Positions 57,896 to 58,697 of a DNA stretch of 58,697 nt are shown one piece after another. The notes under the pieces were generated by a model. That model made no database searches and was not told the origin of the DNA. It saw only the letters and a program-made list of their open reading frames with translations. How positions within the stretch are numbered: the first letter of the stretch is position 1; every line of letters begins with the position of its first letter. Source of the DNA: Deltaproteobacteria bacterium (GTDB taxonomy: Bacteria; Myxococcota_A; UBA9042; CAIXZC01); contig VGRX01000004.1 in NCBI GenBank assembly GCA_016875215.1, positions 1 to 58,697 of the forward strand, given 5' to 3'. The translations under genes were made by a program, and so were the position numbers.

Positions 57896-58697
57896 CTACA
57901 TGCAGTCATAGCCGCCCATGCCGAAGTTGAAGTTCTTGCTCCACGCACACTTCTTCCCCTCGACCTGGCAGTCGATGCTGTACAGTTTGCCGGCCGAGCA
58001 GAACCAGCGGACGTCCCCGATGCAGGCGCCGGCCGAGCTGTTGATCCACGCGCACTCGGCCCCCTCCGACGGTTTGCACAGGCCGCCGCCACACCCCCAC
58101 CCGAGCGGGCAGATCCCGCAGCTCCCCCAGCATCCGTCCGGGCCGCACTCCTTCACCTCGCCGTCATCGAACTGGCAGCTCGCGACGCACGCCTTCTCCG
58201 GTACGCACTCGAACTTCGCAGCCCCCTTGTTCCAGCCGCACATGTGGTTCTCGAGGCTCTTGCAGTTCGTCTGGACCGGCGCCAGGTCGACGCACTGCAC
58301 CAGCGCATACTGGTCGAGGCACTTCCCCTTCGACGTCACGTCACCGCACGGGTGGGCAACGCACTTCCCCTTCTCGTTGCAGAGCTGGTCGGGCTTGCAG
58401 TACCCGCACGGACCGCCACACCCGTCGGAGCCGCACTCCTTGTCGTTGCAGTTGCCCTTGCACCCGCTTGCGTAACAGAAGCCGTCCTTCCCGCAGCTCT
58501 CCCCCTCTCCCATGCACATGCCGCAATACCCGCCGCACGTGTCGGGGCCGCACTGCTTGTTGACGGTCCCGCCGTCCGTCTCCGCAGTGCACATCGGCTC
58601 GCACTTGTTGGCGATGCACTGCCCCTGGAGATTGCACAGCTCCCCGTAGGCACAGTAGCCGCACACCCCGCTGCACCCGTCGGAGCCGCACTCCCCC
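57896..58697 (-). CDS. Cys-rich protein, tandem paralogue 2 (N-terminus beyond window end)
   Basis: The track ORF starts at an internal GTG 58666. My translation upstream stays open to the window edge (GECGSDGCSGVCGYCAYGELC...). The same modules (KQCGPDTCGGYCGMC, KECGSDGCGGPCGYC, KECGPDGCWGSCGIC) and C-terminal AECAWINSSAGACIGDVRWFCSAGKLYSIDCQVEGKKCAW appear as in paralogue 1. Confidence 0.7.
   Translation of the reverse strand, partial: GECGSDGCSGVCGYCAYGELCNLQGQCIANKCEPMCTAETDGGTVNKQCGPDTCGGYCGMCMGEGESCGKDGFCYASGCKGNCNDKECGSDGCGGPCGYCKPDQLCNEKGKCVAHPCGDVTSKGKCLDQYALVQCVDLAPVQTNCKSLENHMCGWNKGAAKFECVPEKACVASCQFDDGEVKECGPDGCWGSCGICPLGWGCGGGLCKPSEGAECAWINSSAGACIGDVRWFCSAGKLYSIDCQVEGKKCAWSKNFNFGMGGYDCM

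Noticed and set aside
1-58697. Mobile genetic element or genomic island boundaries (integrase, transposase, tRNA-flanked island, phage genes)
   Set aside because: I could not recognise any integrase, transposase, recombinase, phage structural or conjugation gene, nor long inverted terminal repeats. The only addiction-type modules are the two small TA-like pairs. The window reads as ordinary chromosome with lineage-specific secreted-protein expansions.

Overview
High-GC (by eye about two-thirds G+C) bacterial chromosomal segment with strong GGAGG-type ribosome-binding sites, many lipoproteins and Cys-rich secreted proteins. This style resembles Myxococcota/deltaproteobacteria, which is an inference only. 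I call about 54 protein genes and found no rRNA, tRNA, CRISPR, transposase or integrase. Recognisable blocks are: a RelE/RHH toxin-antitoxin pair coupled to a large Cys-rich secreted protein; a DUF3160 lipoprotein; a DUF4160/DUF2442 pair followed by a GH114-like hydrolase and a Cache-sensor::pentameric-ligand-gated-channel-like fusion; and a sulfur-assimilation operon (cysteine synthase, sulfite reductase::TusA fusion, siroheme synthase, PiT-type permease, CysK). Further blocks are: ceramidase-like and glycerol-1-phosphate-dehydrogenase-like genes; a lipase lipoprotein plus FadL; an RpoD-family sigma factor; alanine dehydrogenase; an ECF sigma/anti-sigma pair; PepF, PHP and HIT; and a small envelope operon ending in a hyper-acidic D/Y/S-rich protein. 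The window also holds a HEAT protein, an O-antigen-ligase-like/TPR protein, a degenerate GGDEF protein, Skp, XdhC, a rhomboid-like protein, and a terminal cluster of Cys-rich lipoproteins, one with about 10.5 thrombospondin-type-1-like 38-aa repeats. The most unusual locus is a respiratory operon of Rieske protein, cytochrome b, a CydA-like oxidase subunit fused to a c-type haem domain, and an unknown polytopic membrane protein. The window is also rich in tandem repeats: non-coding 46-bp x4, 45-bp x5 (with a solo copy 15 kb away), and 19-bp x5 plus 9-bp x5 arrays, plus several in-frame repeats inside genes. Many long ORFs in the track are antisense or alternate-frame artefacts of high GC. All family assignments rest on motifs I recognise by eye, with no searches run.
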